From Methanothrix sp. (lineage in GTDB: Archaea > Halobacteriota > Methanosarcinia > Methanotrichales > Methanotrichaceae): 64,000 bases of DNA. Position numbers and translations under genes: made by a program. This document shows positions 1 through 10,094 of this stretch, piece after piece (the first letter of the stretch is position 1; each line of letters starts with the position of its first letter). Location of the stretch: contig OY821645.1 in NCBI GenBank assembly GCA_963682135.1, positions 1,184,001 through 1,248,000 on the forward strand. The letters run 5' to 3'. The notes beneath the pieces are model-generated. The model did not search any database, was not told where the DNA came from, and was given only the letters and a program-made list of their open reading frames with translations.

Positions 1-83
1 TCGCAATAAGGTCTGAATCCTAATGCGGGAATGCAAACTAGGATCAAGATCAAGACAACACATGTTAGCTTAATGTACCTCAT
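1..83 (-). CDS. 5' end of a secreted/membrane protein (runs off window)
   Basis: ATG at 83 reads MRYIKLTCVVLILILVCIPALGFRPYC (signal-peptide-like); AAGGAGG RBS just upstream on the minus strand. Confidence 0.6.
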   Translation of the reverse strand, partial: MRYIKLTCVVLILILVCIPALGFRPYC

Positions 84-379
84 AACCGCAATCCCTCCTT
101 AATTGCCATACAATTGTAAAACCTAACGATAAAATCTTTGGGTCTTAGTTCATGTTAATCCTAATAATTCGTGCAGGGTCTCATTCCCCGCACGGTATCG
201 CCGATGCAGAACCATTATTGTGGGGTTATGTCCCTATCTGGCATAGCCTGGAGATTACCAGTAAGCTCATCATGACCTCGCCTTCCGCTTGTGGGCCTTC
301 TGCTCGGCGTTTTCCTCAACTATCTTTGCGCAGCTCACAATATGAACATTTAGTATCTTTTCTCTTTTCCTACGTGCAG

Positions 380-1432
380 CTATGGGGATATGCTCGTATA
401 CCCCAAATCTTTGACTTTGGCGAAAGCTTCATCTGCGTCTGCGGTACGATTGAGTGCCAGAAGCACTTTGCCTTTATTATACCAGGCTTTGGAATCTTGT
501 GGATCGATCTTGATAGCCTTATCTAAGGCTTCCAGCGAGTCATTATATCTACGCAAACTTTCTAGAGCAGCACCTTTGTTGAACCAAGCACCAGCATGCT
601 GAGGATCGATTTCGATGGTTTTGTTGAAGGCCTCTAATGCGTCATCATATTTACCCATGCTAGCAAGAGCGGCCCCTTTATTTGACCAAGCCACTGCATT
701 TTGTGTATCGATCTCGATAGCTCTATCGAAATCCTCGATAGACTCATTGTACTTACCTAGATTATAGAGCTCTACGCCTCTATTATTCAGGGTCATTGTC
801 GGATTCGCTTCATATTCTGATATCGCTCTTATGGATATGGTGCAATTTCGCTTTTTGCCATCTGCTCCAGTGGCTTGGACCACTATCGGGTATTTCCAGT
901 CTGTACGAAGATCATTTAAGCGCGTACCGATGCGCAGTTCGGAGGAGTGATCAATTTTTAATACCGGCGAAAACACATTAACTTCGAACTCTGGAGGACA
1001 GGATGATGTAATGTAAACTTGTTTATTGTATTTTCGAAGAGGATTTAAATTATTGACGCTTATATTAACTGTATACATATTAAATATAGAACGCTTCACC
1101 GATGTATGATTTAGTTTCGCTGCAACTTCTTCATCGATTAATGAATCTGGAATCACAATTTTGAGATCAACGGGATCACATGATATACTATAGTCACTTA
1201 CATCCGGCCCAAGCATTATCGGGAACATAACGCCGGAAAATGCGCCGATTAGCTGAGCAGTTACGAGGACGATTGTTCCCGCTATCGAAATATCACGCCA
1301 AATATTATCAATTTTAAAAAAACATTTGAATAATAAACATACAAAGAACGCAATGAAACACGATAAAAGAAGCGCAAATCCCGAAACTTGAAGTATGTTC
1401 TCGGCAAAAGACAGGAATGCTGACAGGTCCAT
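380..1432 (-). CDS. membrane-anchored TPR-repeat protein
   Basis: Two N-terminal hydrophobic helices; C-terminal repeats AWSNKGAAL/AWFNKGAAL/AWYNKGKVL. Confidence 0.85.
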   Translation of the reverse strand: MDLSAFLSFAENILQVSGFALLLSCFIAFFVCLLFKCFFKIDNIWRDISIAGTIVLVTAQLIGAFSGVMFPIMLGPDVSDYSISCDPVDLKIVIPDSLIDEEVAAKLNHTSVKRSIFNMYTVNISVNNLNPLRKYNKQVYITSSCPPEFEVNVFSPVLKIDHSSELRIGTRLNDLRTDWKYPIVVQATGADGKKRNCTISIRAISEYEANPTMTLNNRGVELYNLGKYNESIEDFDRAIEIDTQNAVAWSNKGAALASMGKYDDALEAFNKTIEIDPQHAGAWFNKGAALESLRRYNDSLEALDKAIKIDPQDSKAWYNKGKVLLALNRTADADEAFAKVKDLGYTSISP

Positions 1433-1490
1433 GTTTTTTCATACCCTATGCTCACGTATAAATCTGATTACATTAACTCGCTAACTTTAA

Positions 1491-1670
1491 GCCAGGTGGC
1501 ACAAGGCCAGTTGGGGCTTTGAGGAAGAGGACCAATTTTACGAGCAGAGGCTAGCAGAGATCGCTAAGAAGCACTCTCGCGGAGCTTTTTTACACATTAG
1601 ACGACCCATTAGGGGCCGCGATATTTTCCATATTGGTGGAGATGTTGAAAGATGCGGACAGGTTAACTAC
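1491..1670 (+). pseudogene. frameshifted remnant of the small protein normally encoded with PolB2 (arCOG07300-like)
   Basis: Hand translation ARWHKASWGFEEEDQFYEQRLAEIAKKHSRGAF / TLDDPLGAAIFSILVEMLK, with a frameshift in a T-run; family assignment from memory. Confidence 0.45.
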
Positions 1671-1977
1671 AAAAAGTCCCTGCAAGTTACACACACTTGA
1701 ATCGAGAGCTCAATCAGGCTAATTTAAAAGGCCTACAGAATTTTATAAATATAATTTTGCCCTCGTAATGTATATGACGTTGCGCGGCGGATTCAACAGA
1801 AGTTTTCTGATTTCGCTGAGGCCTATAATTCGATAACGAGCAATTGTCGATATACCATTCCATAAAGTACGGAATTATCAGATTGGCAAAAGTGATTTGG
1901 GTCTTGTTTGAAGAATGATGAATAAAGATGTAATCTTTGCAGGTTATACGTACTTAAAGAACTAAAATAGCCTGAGT

Positions 1978-2198
1978 ATCGCGGTTTACTCTGACGCAGG
2001 GACAAGATGCCGCAAAACCCGCAGGGCGCTATCATCGCTGCCTTTCGGCCTTGGCCTCTGTGCCAGGCATATTCGCCGGGATCCTCTGTCCCGCGATGAC
2101 CCGGGCGCTCGCGCCGCCGTCCTGATCAAGGCTTTAGCCATTCGGTTTGAACAGAAAGGCTTTGCGTCAGGCCGTTACCCCAAGAATCTCACCGCAAC
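1978..2198 (-). ncRNA. candidate structured ncRNA of unknown family
   Basis: Nested long-range stems and a multi-hairpin junction with a GAAA tetraloop; no credible ORF. Confidence 0.55.
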
Positions 2199-2219
2199 CC
2201 TTCAGTCCCCTTCATCCGT

Positions 2220-2272
2220 TGCTTCGTGCGACGAAGTCTCGGGTATCACGCGAAGGCACGAAGCCGCAAAGT
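2220..2272. repeat. short REP-like palindromic repeat (GCTTCGTG...CACGAAGC)
   Basis: Inverted repeat; a related copy lies at 31391-31446. Confidence 0.45.
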
Positions 2273-2320
2273 TCCGATAATAGTAGGACAAATTATCTCC
2301 CTTCAACCTCTTATTAGGAC

Positions 2321-4597
2321 TTAGCTCATGGCGCCGGCAGCTTTCTGCCAGGCCATGATCTTCTTGGGGCTGATGCCTGTCACCTTCGCCAGACTGCCGG
2401 ACTTGGCCTGTGCCAAATCCGCAGCCGTTTTAATTCCTGCGCCTGCCAGCTTCTCCAGGGTCTTGGGCCCAATTCCCGACAGAGCCACAAGGCCGTCGCC
2501 CTTTGCCTGAGCATCAGTCGTTGCCTTTTTCTTGGTTGTTGCCGCTTTCCTGGCCTTCGGTTTGCTTTCTTCTGCAGTCTTGGCAGGGTCCGTCTTTTCC
2601 TGGGCTTTCTTGGCCTGCCACTCCAGAAAATTACAGTGGGGGCATCCCAGATCCCAGGGCCTCTTGCCCTTGTTGATAATGCGAATGTGCAGCATGCCGT
2701 GCGTCTCGCAGAGCTTGTCGGTTACGATCACCGTTCCAAACCTGGGAAGAGGCAGAGTAAAACGGCATTCCGGATAGCCGGAGCAGCCGATGAAACGAGT
2801 GCCACGGTGGCCGCGCCGAATTATGAGATCTGATTTGCACTTCTGGCAGGTTCCCACAATCTTGTCGGTGCGCAGGCCGTCTTTGAGCGACTGGCCGATT
2901 CCGTCCTGGTTAGTGGTCAGTTCATCGAAGACAGAGGTAAGCATGACCCGCGACTTCTCGAGGACCTCATCCTCCTTGATATTTCGCTCGGAAATGAGGG
3001 TCATATCGTTCTCTAAAGTCTGGGTCATCTCCGGCTTGGTGATGGTAGGGGCATATTTTTGCAGCGTATCCACCACGGCATAAGCAGTATTGGTGGGGCG
3101 CATGGGGTTGCCCTGCACGTAAGCTCGGGCATAGAGTTTGCTGATAATATCGTGCCTGGTGGACTTCGTTCCCAGTCCCAGTTCATCCATGAGCTTGATG
3201 AGCTTGCCCTGACCGAAGCGAGCCGGGGGCTGTGTCTCTTTAGCATCGACTGCGTGGCCCAGCACCCGCAGCCGCTCTCCTTGCGTCAGCTTGGGCAGGA
3301 TGTGCTCCTCGGCCTTGCTGTAAGGATAATAGTATCTCCAGCCCGGCTCCACCAGACGTGCTCCATTGGCCCGGAAGGGCTCGGGTCCAATATCCACCTT
3401 GAGGCTGGTGGCATCCCAGACGCACGGCTCGGCCAGGGTGGCGAAGAAGCGACGCACCACCAGCTCATAAATGCGCCACTGATCCTCCTTGAGCTCGCTC
3501 TTGGCAACGGTGGCGGTGGGGTAGATTGGCGGGTGGTCGGTTGTGGACCTTTTGCCGCGCGTTGCAATCATCTTTCCTTTGAGCAGCCGCTCTGCTTCTT
3601 CTGAAAAAGCACTATTTAGGAAAAGTCGGGTTAGTGCCACCAGGTCAATGGATGGCGGATAAACAGTATTGTCTGTTCTAGGGTAGGAGATGAAACCATT
3701 GATGTAGAGCCATTCTCCGATGCGCATGGCATTGGCCGCAGAGAAGCCTATACCGCTGGCGGCGGAGATGAAGCTGGTGGTGTCAAAAGGAGCCGGAGGC
3801 TTATCAATACGCGGTTTTGTCTCGATGGACTTGATTATGCCCACAGGGCCGAGACGTGCTATTATCTCGTCAACCTCGGCCTTCTCCCAGATGCGCCCCT
3901 TGGCATGCTGAACGCGAAGCTCTTTCTCCAGATCGGCATAAATCTCCCAGTATGCCTCGGGAACAAATGACGAAATCTCTCGTTCTCTATCCACGATGAG
4001 GGCCAGGGTGGGCGATTGGACCCGGCCCACGGAGAGAAACTCTTTGCCAAGTCGCCCGGAGGTAAGGGAGATATATCTGGTCAGAGCCGCGCCCCAAACC
4101 AAATCTATGATCTGCCTGGCCTCGCCCGAGGCTGCCAGGTCAAAGTCAACTTTTCCCGCATCTTTGAAGGCCTTTAATATCTCTTCTTTGACAATGGCGC
4201 TGTATCTGACGCGATCGGCATGCAGGCCGGGATTTACCTCTTTGGCAATCTTTAATGCCTCAACACCGATCAGCTCTCCTTCGCGATCGTAATCCGTGGC
4301 AATGGTGATGCGATCGGCCTTCTTTCCCAGGTTTTGCAGAGCCGCGATGATCTTTTCCTGTATGGGACGAACCACTATCTCTGCTCTGATGAGGTCTTTG
4401 CAGTCCACCTTCTGCCAGTTGTTGTATCCTTGCGGATAATCAACACCCACAATGTGGCCGGATAGTCCCATGACCACTTTGTCGTCAAAGCAATAGGTAT
4501 CTACGCCTGCCACTCGCTTGGAGCTGGGCTTGCTGCCTGCCAGGATCTGAGCAATCCTCTTAGCGGCATCGTGCTTCTCTGCTATTATGAGATGCAT
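2321..4597 (-). CDS. topA: DNA topoisomerase I (type IA)
   Basis: TOPRIM IIAEK and ATDYDREGE, SVGRVQSPTL, active-site ISYPRTD, C-terminal Zn ribbons and HhH. Confidence 0.97.
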   Translation of the reverse strand: MHLIIAEKHDAAKRIAQILAGSKPSSKRVAGVDTYCFDDKVVMGLSGHIVGVDYPQGYNNWQKVDCKDLIRAEIVVRPIQEKIIAALQNLGKKADRITIATDYDREGELIGVEALKIAKEVNPGLHADRVRYSAIVKEEILKAFKDAGKVDFDLAASGEARQIIDLVWGAALTRYISLTSGRLGKEFLSVGRVQSPTLALIVDREREISSFVPEAYWEIYADLEKELRVQHAKGRIWEKAEVDEIIARLGPVGIIKSIETKPRIDKPPAPFDTTSFISAASGIGFSAANAMRIGEWLYINGFISYPRTDNTVYPPSIDLVALTRLFLNSAFSEEAERLLKGKMIATRGKRSTTDHPPIYPTATVAKSELKEDQWRIYELVVRRFFATLAEPCVWDATSLKVDIGPEPFRANGARLVEPGWRYYYPYSKAEEHILPKLTQGERLRVLGHAVDAKETQPPARFGQGKLIKLMDELGLGTKSTRHDIISKLYARAYVQGNPMRPTNTAYAVVDTLQKYAPTITKPEMTQTLENDMTLISERNIKEDEVLEKSRVMLTSVFDELTTNQDGIGQSLKDGLRTDKIVGTCQKCKSDLIIRRGHRGTRFIGCSGYPECRFTLPLPRFGTVIVTDKLCETHGMLHIRIINKGKRPWDLGCPHCNFLEWQAKKAQEKTDPAKTAEESKPKARKAATTKKKATTDAQAKGDGLVALSGIGPKTLEKLAGAGIKTAADLAQAKSGSLAKVTGISPKKIMAWQKAAGAMS

Positions 4598-5082
4598 TCC
4601 AGAAAGCCAAATATGGCAGTTGATTTAAGTTTTTCCGTAAGGAATCGTCTCTGACCTCTACAGCAGAAATAAGCACAGAATCAATATTTCTGATATTCAA
4701 CATGATTATTTGATAAATTTCAATTGTTTACTTTTTAGGCTGATCTGGAGAATCGCATTTTATAGAGCATTCTACTAACCAGATAGATCCAATTCGTGCC
4801 TATCTGTATAATCATACAATAAAAAAATTTTATATTAGTATACAAAAATAGACAAATCTTATGAAATAATATTTCCTCCTTTTAGCAGTCACAATCCGCT
4901 GTCGCGATGTTTGGTATTGGGCTGGCTTTGTCTGCAGTGCAGTGGGATTGATAGGGGTCTTATTGAATGGAATTGCACAATTATAATTAATATAATTAAT
5001 ATAATTTACATAAAAAAATTGATTTTATTTTATAGCTAACTGGTCCACAGATTCCTATAAATTGAGTAGTTGGGGGAGCATC

Positions 5083-5100
5083 ACGCAAAAACTTTAAGTA
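5083..5100 (+). promoter_or_regulatory. putative BRE-TATA of the mcr operon
   Basis: CGCAAAAACTTTAAGTA about 150 nt upstream of mcrB; AAGGAGG RBS before the GTG start. Confidence 0.5.
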
Positions 5101-5250
5101 GCTATTAAGCATTACAGAACGCGGCAAGAGATTGTAACGAATTGTGGTTGTGCCGGATATGATACCTTTTAGCTTAGGCACTCATATCATCGCTTCGGTA
5201 TGGCCAGCGTTGCAGTTTTGCTGCTAAAAAGGTAAAGGAGGATAAAGAAC

Positions 5251-6555
5251 GTGTCTGACAAGATAGACCTATATAGCGACCGCGGAGTTCTTTTGAAGAG
5301 CGACGTTGACCTGAGTGCGGTCAGCCCTCTCAAGAACGCGGCCATGCAGAGACTCATTTCTCTTACAAAGCGAACTGTAGCCGTCAACCTGGCCGGCATC
5401 GAAGGCGCCCTTAAGACCGGAAAGGTCGCAGGAGGCCGCAGGCAGATCAAGGGACGCGAGCTGAACTATGATGTTATTGCCAACGCTGGCGTTCTCGCTG
5501 ATAAGATCAAGGCGCTATTGCAGGTTGCCCCCGGCGACGACACCAATGTCCAGATTCTGGGCGGCGGCAAGCAGCTGCTTGTCCAGGTCCCCACCGCAAG
5601 GGTCAACGCTGCCTCTGAATTCGTGGTCGGATTGACCGGTGCAGCCGCTGCAGCAACTGAGGCACTCATCCAGACTTTCAAGGCCACAATGATTGAGGCA
5701 CCCATGATCCACGCCGCAGTCTGGGGCGAATACCCGCAGACAGTAGGCATGTCCGGCGGAAACGTCGCATCTGTTCTCAACATCCCCCAGAACGATGAAG
5801 GTCTGGGCTTTGCTCTCAGGAACGTCATGGCTAACCACCTTGCAATGATCACCAAGAGGAACGCCATGAACGCCGCAGCTCTCGCATCCATTTACGAGCA
5901 GATCGGCGAGATGGAGATGGGCAACGCTATGGGCATATTCGAGCGCCACCAGCTCCTGGGCATGGCATACCAGGGCCTGAACGCCAACAACATGGTCTAC
6001 AATTGCGTTAAGGCTAACGGCAAGACCGGAACCATCGGCACGGTAGTTCAGAGCACTGTCGCTGCTGCCCTCGAGGACAAGGTCATCAAGGCAGGCAAGA
6101 AGCTGCCCTCCGGCTACGTCCTGTACGAGGCCAATGATGTATCCAAGTGGAATGCCTACTGCGCCGCAGGCGTGCTGGCTGCCACAATGGTTAACTGCGG
6201 CTCTCTCCGGGGCGCCCAGGCTGTGTCCTCGACACTGCTGTACTTCAACGATATCATTGAGAAAGAAACCGCTCTGCCCGGATGCGATTTCGGCAGAGTA
6301 ATGGGAACTGCTGTCGGCTTCTCCTTCTTCAGCCACTCTATCTATGGCGGCGGCGGCCCCGGTGTATTCAACGGCAACCACGTGGTAACCAGGCACTCCA
6401 GAGGATTTGCCATACCCTGCGTGGCTGCAGCAGTAGCACTGGATGCCGGTACCCAGATGTTCACACCTGAGATGACATCTGGACTGGTCGGTGCCATATA
6501 CGGTGAGATCAAGGAATTCCGTGAGCCGATCGTATCGGTTGCGGAGGCTGTGTAA
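5251..6555 (+). CDS. mcrB: methyl-coenzyme M reductase beta subunit
   Basis: GFSFFSHSIYGGGGPGVFNGNHVVTRHS motif. Confidence 0.99.
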   Translation: MSDKIDLYSDRGVLLKSDVDLSAVSPLKNAAMQRLISLTKRTVAVNLAGIEGALKTGKVAGGRRQIKGRELNYDVIANAGVLADKIKALLQVAPGDDTNVQILGGGKQLLVQVPTARVNAASEFVVGLTGAAAAATEALIQTFKATMIEAPMIHAAVWGEYPQTVGMSGGNVASVLNIPQNDEGLGFALRNVMANHLAMITKRNAMNAAALASIYEQIGEMEMGNAMGIFERHQLLGMAYQGLNANNMVYNCVKANGKTGTIGTVVQSTVAAALEDKVIKAGKKLPSGYVLYEANDVSKWNAYCAAGVLAATMVNCGSLRGAQAVSSTLLYFNDIIEKETALPGCDFGRVMGTAVGFSFFSHSIYGGGGPGVFNGNHVVTRHSRGFAIPCVAAAVALDAGTQMFTPEMTSGLVGAIYGEIKEFREPIVSVAEAV

Positions 6556-6565
6556 GGCGGAAGAA

Positions 6566-7069
6566 ATGGTCACCGAATCAGACACTGCATCGATACAGGT
6601 AGAAATAGTTCCCAGCAGGTTTCTTATGCCGGCGACGGCTCAGAAGCTGCTAAACGAGATCTATGGTAACGGGGGCATCACCAGGATTATGGTGCAGGGT
6701 CCCAACCTCCCTAGAAGCGTGCCCTACGGCCCCGGCAGGGGTGCTCCCATCGACGAGAACAGAGATTTACTCATCGAGGTGGGCGGGCAGGCATTTGAGC
6801 TGTGCGTCAAGGTTGGAAGGATCAGGCTCGAGTTGGAGAGCGCAAAATACTTCGACGGGCTGAAAGCGGCGTGTGAGCGAGCGCTGCCCATATCCTTTCA
6901 GATTAAGCGCGGCAAGTTCTTCCACACCCGGCAAACCATAACGGATTATGCCAAGTTTGGCAATGTGGAGGACACTCGTATCCTGGGACTGATCGATCCA
7001 AAGGCCAAGAAGAGCAAGATGGCCATATTGTCTGAAGAAAGAGTGACTATTGACGATGAGGAGAGATAA
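6566..7069 (+). CDS. mcrD: methyl-coenzyme M reductase operon protein D
   Basis: QVEIVPSRFL, GPNLPRSVPYGPGRG, TITDYAKFG; position between mcrB and mcrG; ATG 6566 preferred over the ORF-track start. Confidence 0.95.
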   Translation: MVTESDTASIQVEIVPSRFLMPATAQKLLNEIYGNGGITRIMVQGPNLPRSVPYGPGRGAPIDENRDLLIEVGGQAFELCVKVGRIRLELESAKYFDGLKAACERALPISFQIKRGKFFHTRQTITDYAKFGNVEDTRILGLIDPKAKKSKMAILSEERVTIDDEER

Positions 7070-7072
7070 AAT

Positions 7073-7840
7073 ATGGCATACAAACCACAATTCTATCCCG
7101 GAAGCACCTCTGTTGGCATCAACAGAAGAAAGCACATGTCCGGCAACCTCGAGAAGCTCAGAGATATCCCTGAGGCGGATGTCACGGCGATCATGGGCCA
7201 CAGGGCTCCTGGAGCCGATTACTCAAGCACTCACCCACCCCTTAAAGAGATGGGCGAGCCCGACTGCCCAGTAAGGCAGATCGTTGCACCCACCGCTGGT
7301 GCCGCCGCTGGTGACCGTGTAAGGTACTCCCAGTGGACTGACTCCATGTACTTCGCCCCATCCACTCCATACTGGAGATCCTATTGGGGAGCCATCAACT
7401 GCAAGGGCTGCGACCCAGGCACCCTGTCCGGCAGACAGATCATCGAGGCCAGGGAGAGAGATATCGAAGCCTACACCAAGGCTCAGTACGATAGCGAGAT
7501 GACCGATGTCGCCCTCTGTTCCATGAGAGGCTGCACTGTGCACGGCCACTCCCTGAGGCTGGAAGAGAACGGCATGCAGTTCGATATGCTGTCCAGGACA
7601 GAGATGGGAGCAGACGGTAACGTCTACGCAACCAAGGATCAGGTCGGCATTCCCTTGGATAAGAAGGTCAACCTGGGCAAGCCCATGACCGAGGCCGAGG
7701 CCAAGAAGAGAACCACTATCTTCAGGGCAGACGGTATTCCCATGTGCGGAGCCGTAGGCGCCAGAAAGTACGATGAGGCAGTCGAAGCTCTGCACCACAT
7801 GTGGGAGCTGCGCAGCAAGTGGGGATTCAGGCCGGAGTAA
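7073..7840 (+). CDS. mcrG: methyl-coenzyme M reductase gamma subunit
   Basis: YKPQFYPG, DPGTLSGRQIIEARERD, TVHGHSLRL. Confidence 0.99.
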   Translation: MAYKPQFYPGSTSVGINRRKHMSGNLEKLRDIPEADVTAIMGHRAPGADYSSTHPPLKEMGEPDCPVRQIVAPTAGAAAGDRVRYSQWTDSMYFAPSTPYWRSYWGAINCKGCDPGTLSGRQIIEARERDIEAYTKAQYDSEMTDVALCSMRGCTVHGHSLRLEENGMQFDMLSRTEMGADGNVYATKDQVGIPLDKKVNLGKPMTEAEAKKRTTIFRADGIPMCGAVGARKYDEAVEALHHMWELRSKWGFRPE

Positions 7841-7854
7841 ATGGGGTGATATAA

Positions 7855-9534
7855 ATGGCAGTTAAACACACCAAGAAACTATTCATTAAGGCTCTTAACA
7901 AGAAGTTCGGAAAGGATTTCGATCTCGCAGGCCAGAAAGTAGAGTACAAGAGACTGGGGCCCGAGCAGAACGCCCGTAAGAGGGAGTTCATGGAGTACGC
8001 CAAGAAGGTAGAGGGCAAGCGCGGCATGACCGGCTACAACCCCTACGTCCACGCAGGCGGCATTCCCCTGGGACAGAGGCAGCTCGTACCTTACAAGCTC
8101 TCCGGAACTGAGTATGTAGTAGAGGGCGACGATCTGCACTTCGTCAACAACCCAGCCATTCAGCAGATGTGGGATGATGTCCGGAGGACCATTGTAGTAG
8201 GTCTGGACATGGCCCATGAGGTTCTGCAGAAGAGGCTCGGCAAGGAAGTCACACCCGAGACCATCAACAACTACCTCGAGATCCTCAACCACGCCATGCC
8301 CGGCGCAGCCGTGGTTCAGGAGCACATGGTGGAGACTCACCCCGGCCTGGTAGATGACTGCAACGTTCGCGTCTTCACCGGCGACGATGCCCTGGCTGAT
8401 GAGATTGATGACCAATACCTGATCGACATCAACAAGATGTTCCCAGCCGAGCAGGCCGAGGCTCTCAAGGCCGCTATCGGCAAGACCAGCTGGCAGGCCA
8501 TCCATGTTCCAACCATCGTCGTCAGGTCCTGCGACGGCGGCACCACCTCCAGGTGGAGCGCCATGCAGCTGTGTATGACCTTCATCGATGCCTACAACAT
8601 GTGCGCCGGTGAGGCCGCTGTGGCTGATCTGGCCTACGCCGCCAAGCACGCTGCCGTTCTGCAGATGTCCGAGATGCTGCCAGCGCGCCGCGCTCGCGGA
8701 CCCAACAACCCCGGCGGTCTGTCCTTCGGCTTCCTGGCCGATATGGTCCAGACTTCCCGTGTGGCAGCAGCCGATCCAGTGAAGGTCTCCCTGAACGTGG
8801 TCGCCGCAGGCGCTGCGCTCTACGACCAGATCTGGCTGGGCAGCTACATGTCCGGCGGTGTCGGATTCACCCAGTACGCCACTGCAGCTTACACCAACGA
8901 TATCCTGGACGACTTCTGCTACTACGGTGTAGACTTCGCCGCCGATAAGTTCGGTGGATTTGCCAAGGCACCCAAGCTGCTCGAGACCGCCAAGATGCTG
9001 GCCACTGAGGTCAACGCCTACGGCATGGAGCAGTACGAGCTCTTCCCAACCATTCTCGAGGATCACTTCGGTGGATCCCAGAGAGCATCCGTTCTGGCAG
9101 CCGCATCCGCTATCACCTCCGCCATTGCCTCTGGCCACAGCCAGGTAGGCCTTGCCGGCTGGTACCTGTCTATGCTCCTGCACAAGGAAGGCTGGGGACG
9201 CTTGGGCTTCTTCGGCTACGACCTGCAGGATCAATGCGGTCCAACCAACGTGTTCTCCTACCAGTCCGACGAGGGCGCACCTCTCGAGCTCAGGGGAGCT
9301 AACTACCCCAACTACGCCATGAACGTAGGTCACCAGGGCGAGTACGCAGGCATCTCCAGCGCCGCACACGCCGGCCGCATGGACGCCTTCGCATGCAACC
9401 CCTTGATCAAGGTTACCTTCGCCAACCCCGGCATGGTATTCGACTGGGCAGATATCCGCGCTTGCTTCGGCAAGGGTGGAGCCCGCGAGTTCCGTGCTGC
9501 AGGCGAGAGAAGCCTGGTCATGCCCGCAGTGTAG
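7855..9534 (+). CDS. mcrA: methyl-coenzyme M reductase alpha subunit
   Basis: [43 protein letters not shown]. Confidence 0.99.
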   Translation: MAVKHTKKLFIKALNKKFGKDFDLAGQKVEYKRLGPEQNARKREFMEYAKKVEGKRGMTGYNPYVHAGGIPLGQRQLVPYKLSGTEYVVEGDDLHFVNNPAIQQMWDDVRRTIVVGLDMAHEVLQKRLGKEVTPETINNYLEILNHAMPGAAVVQEHMVETHPGLVDDCNVRVFTGDDALADEIDDQYLIDINKMFPAEQAEALKAAIGKTSWQAIHVPTIVVRSCDGGTTSRWSAMQLCMTFIDAYNMCAGEAAVADLAYAAKHAAVLQMSEMLPARRARGPNNPGGLSFGFLADMVQTSRVAAADPVKVSLNVVAAGAALYDQIWLGSYMSGGVGFTQYATAAYTNDILDDFCYYGVDFAADKFGGFAKAPKLLETAKMLATEVNAYGMEQYELFPTILEDHFGGSQRASVLAAASAITSAIASGHSQVGLAGWYLSMLLHKEGWGRLGFFGYDLQDQCGPTNVFSYQSDEGAPLELRGANYPNYAMNVGHQGEYAGISSAAHAGRMDAFACNPLIKVTFANPGMVFDWADIRACFGKGGAREFRAAGERSLVMPAV

Positions 9535-9550
9535 GCCCAAAGCCTACAAC

Positions 9551-9566
9551 TTTTTTCTCTTTTTTA
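9551..9566 (+). terminator. oligo-T terminator after mcrA
   Basis: TTTTTTCTCTTTTTT immediately downstream of the stop codon. Confidence 0.55.
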
Positions 9567-10094
9567 GCCGTCTGGTTTTGAAAATAGCGCTAAGCTAAAC
9601 AGCATGTTTTTTGCAGGGTATGCCCACGGTGCCCTTTTCTCAAGAGTTCAGGCTCTTTCCTGGGATTCTGCCTTGCCTCAGAATCATCCTTCTTCCCTCT
9701 GTTGATTGCGGCAACTTTATCGCTAAGACATTCCTGCAGCAATCTAAGGTGCAATAGCCCTCTCTCCATCAGCTCCGCTTCATTTTATTCTGGTGAGCCT
9801 GCCCCTCCATGTCTTTCAAGACATGCATTCCTACCAAGGGCGAGGCGTCATGTCCACCGGAAGGCCGCCATTCCATTCATCAGTGGTAGAAGCCATGGTA
9901 GCGGGCCGGTCGGTAGTTGAGTTGGGCTGGTTGCAGCAGATGCCAGATCAGAGATGTGGAATATCCTGGAAGAACTACTCCGAAGAGCCTGGCAAGTCCA
10001 TCATACAGGTGATCTGTATGCTAGGCACAGGAAAAAAGACTTTCTGGAACTGGGGGCTCTTGCCGCCCCCTTGCGATTCTACCCAGAGCCGATG

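Noticed and set aside
5251-9534. mcr operon lacks mcrC; possible alkyl-CoM reductase
   Set aside because: To my knowledge mcrBDGA is normal for Methanothrix, and the active-site motifs ([19 protein letters not shown]) are canonical methane-type.
7879-9540. Long antisense ORFs over mcrA (also over mcrB, hflX, nifB, fwdA, leuB)
   Set aside because: Shadow ORFs caused by strong codon bias in the real genes.
9600-10090. Short ORFs downstream of mcrA
   Set aside because: No recognisable motifs; possibly a decayed gene, cannot be supported.
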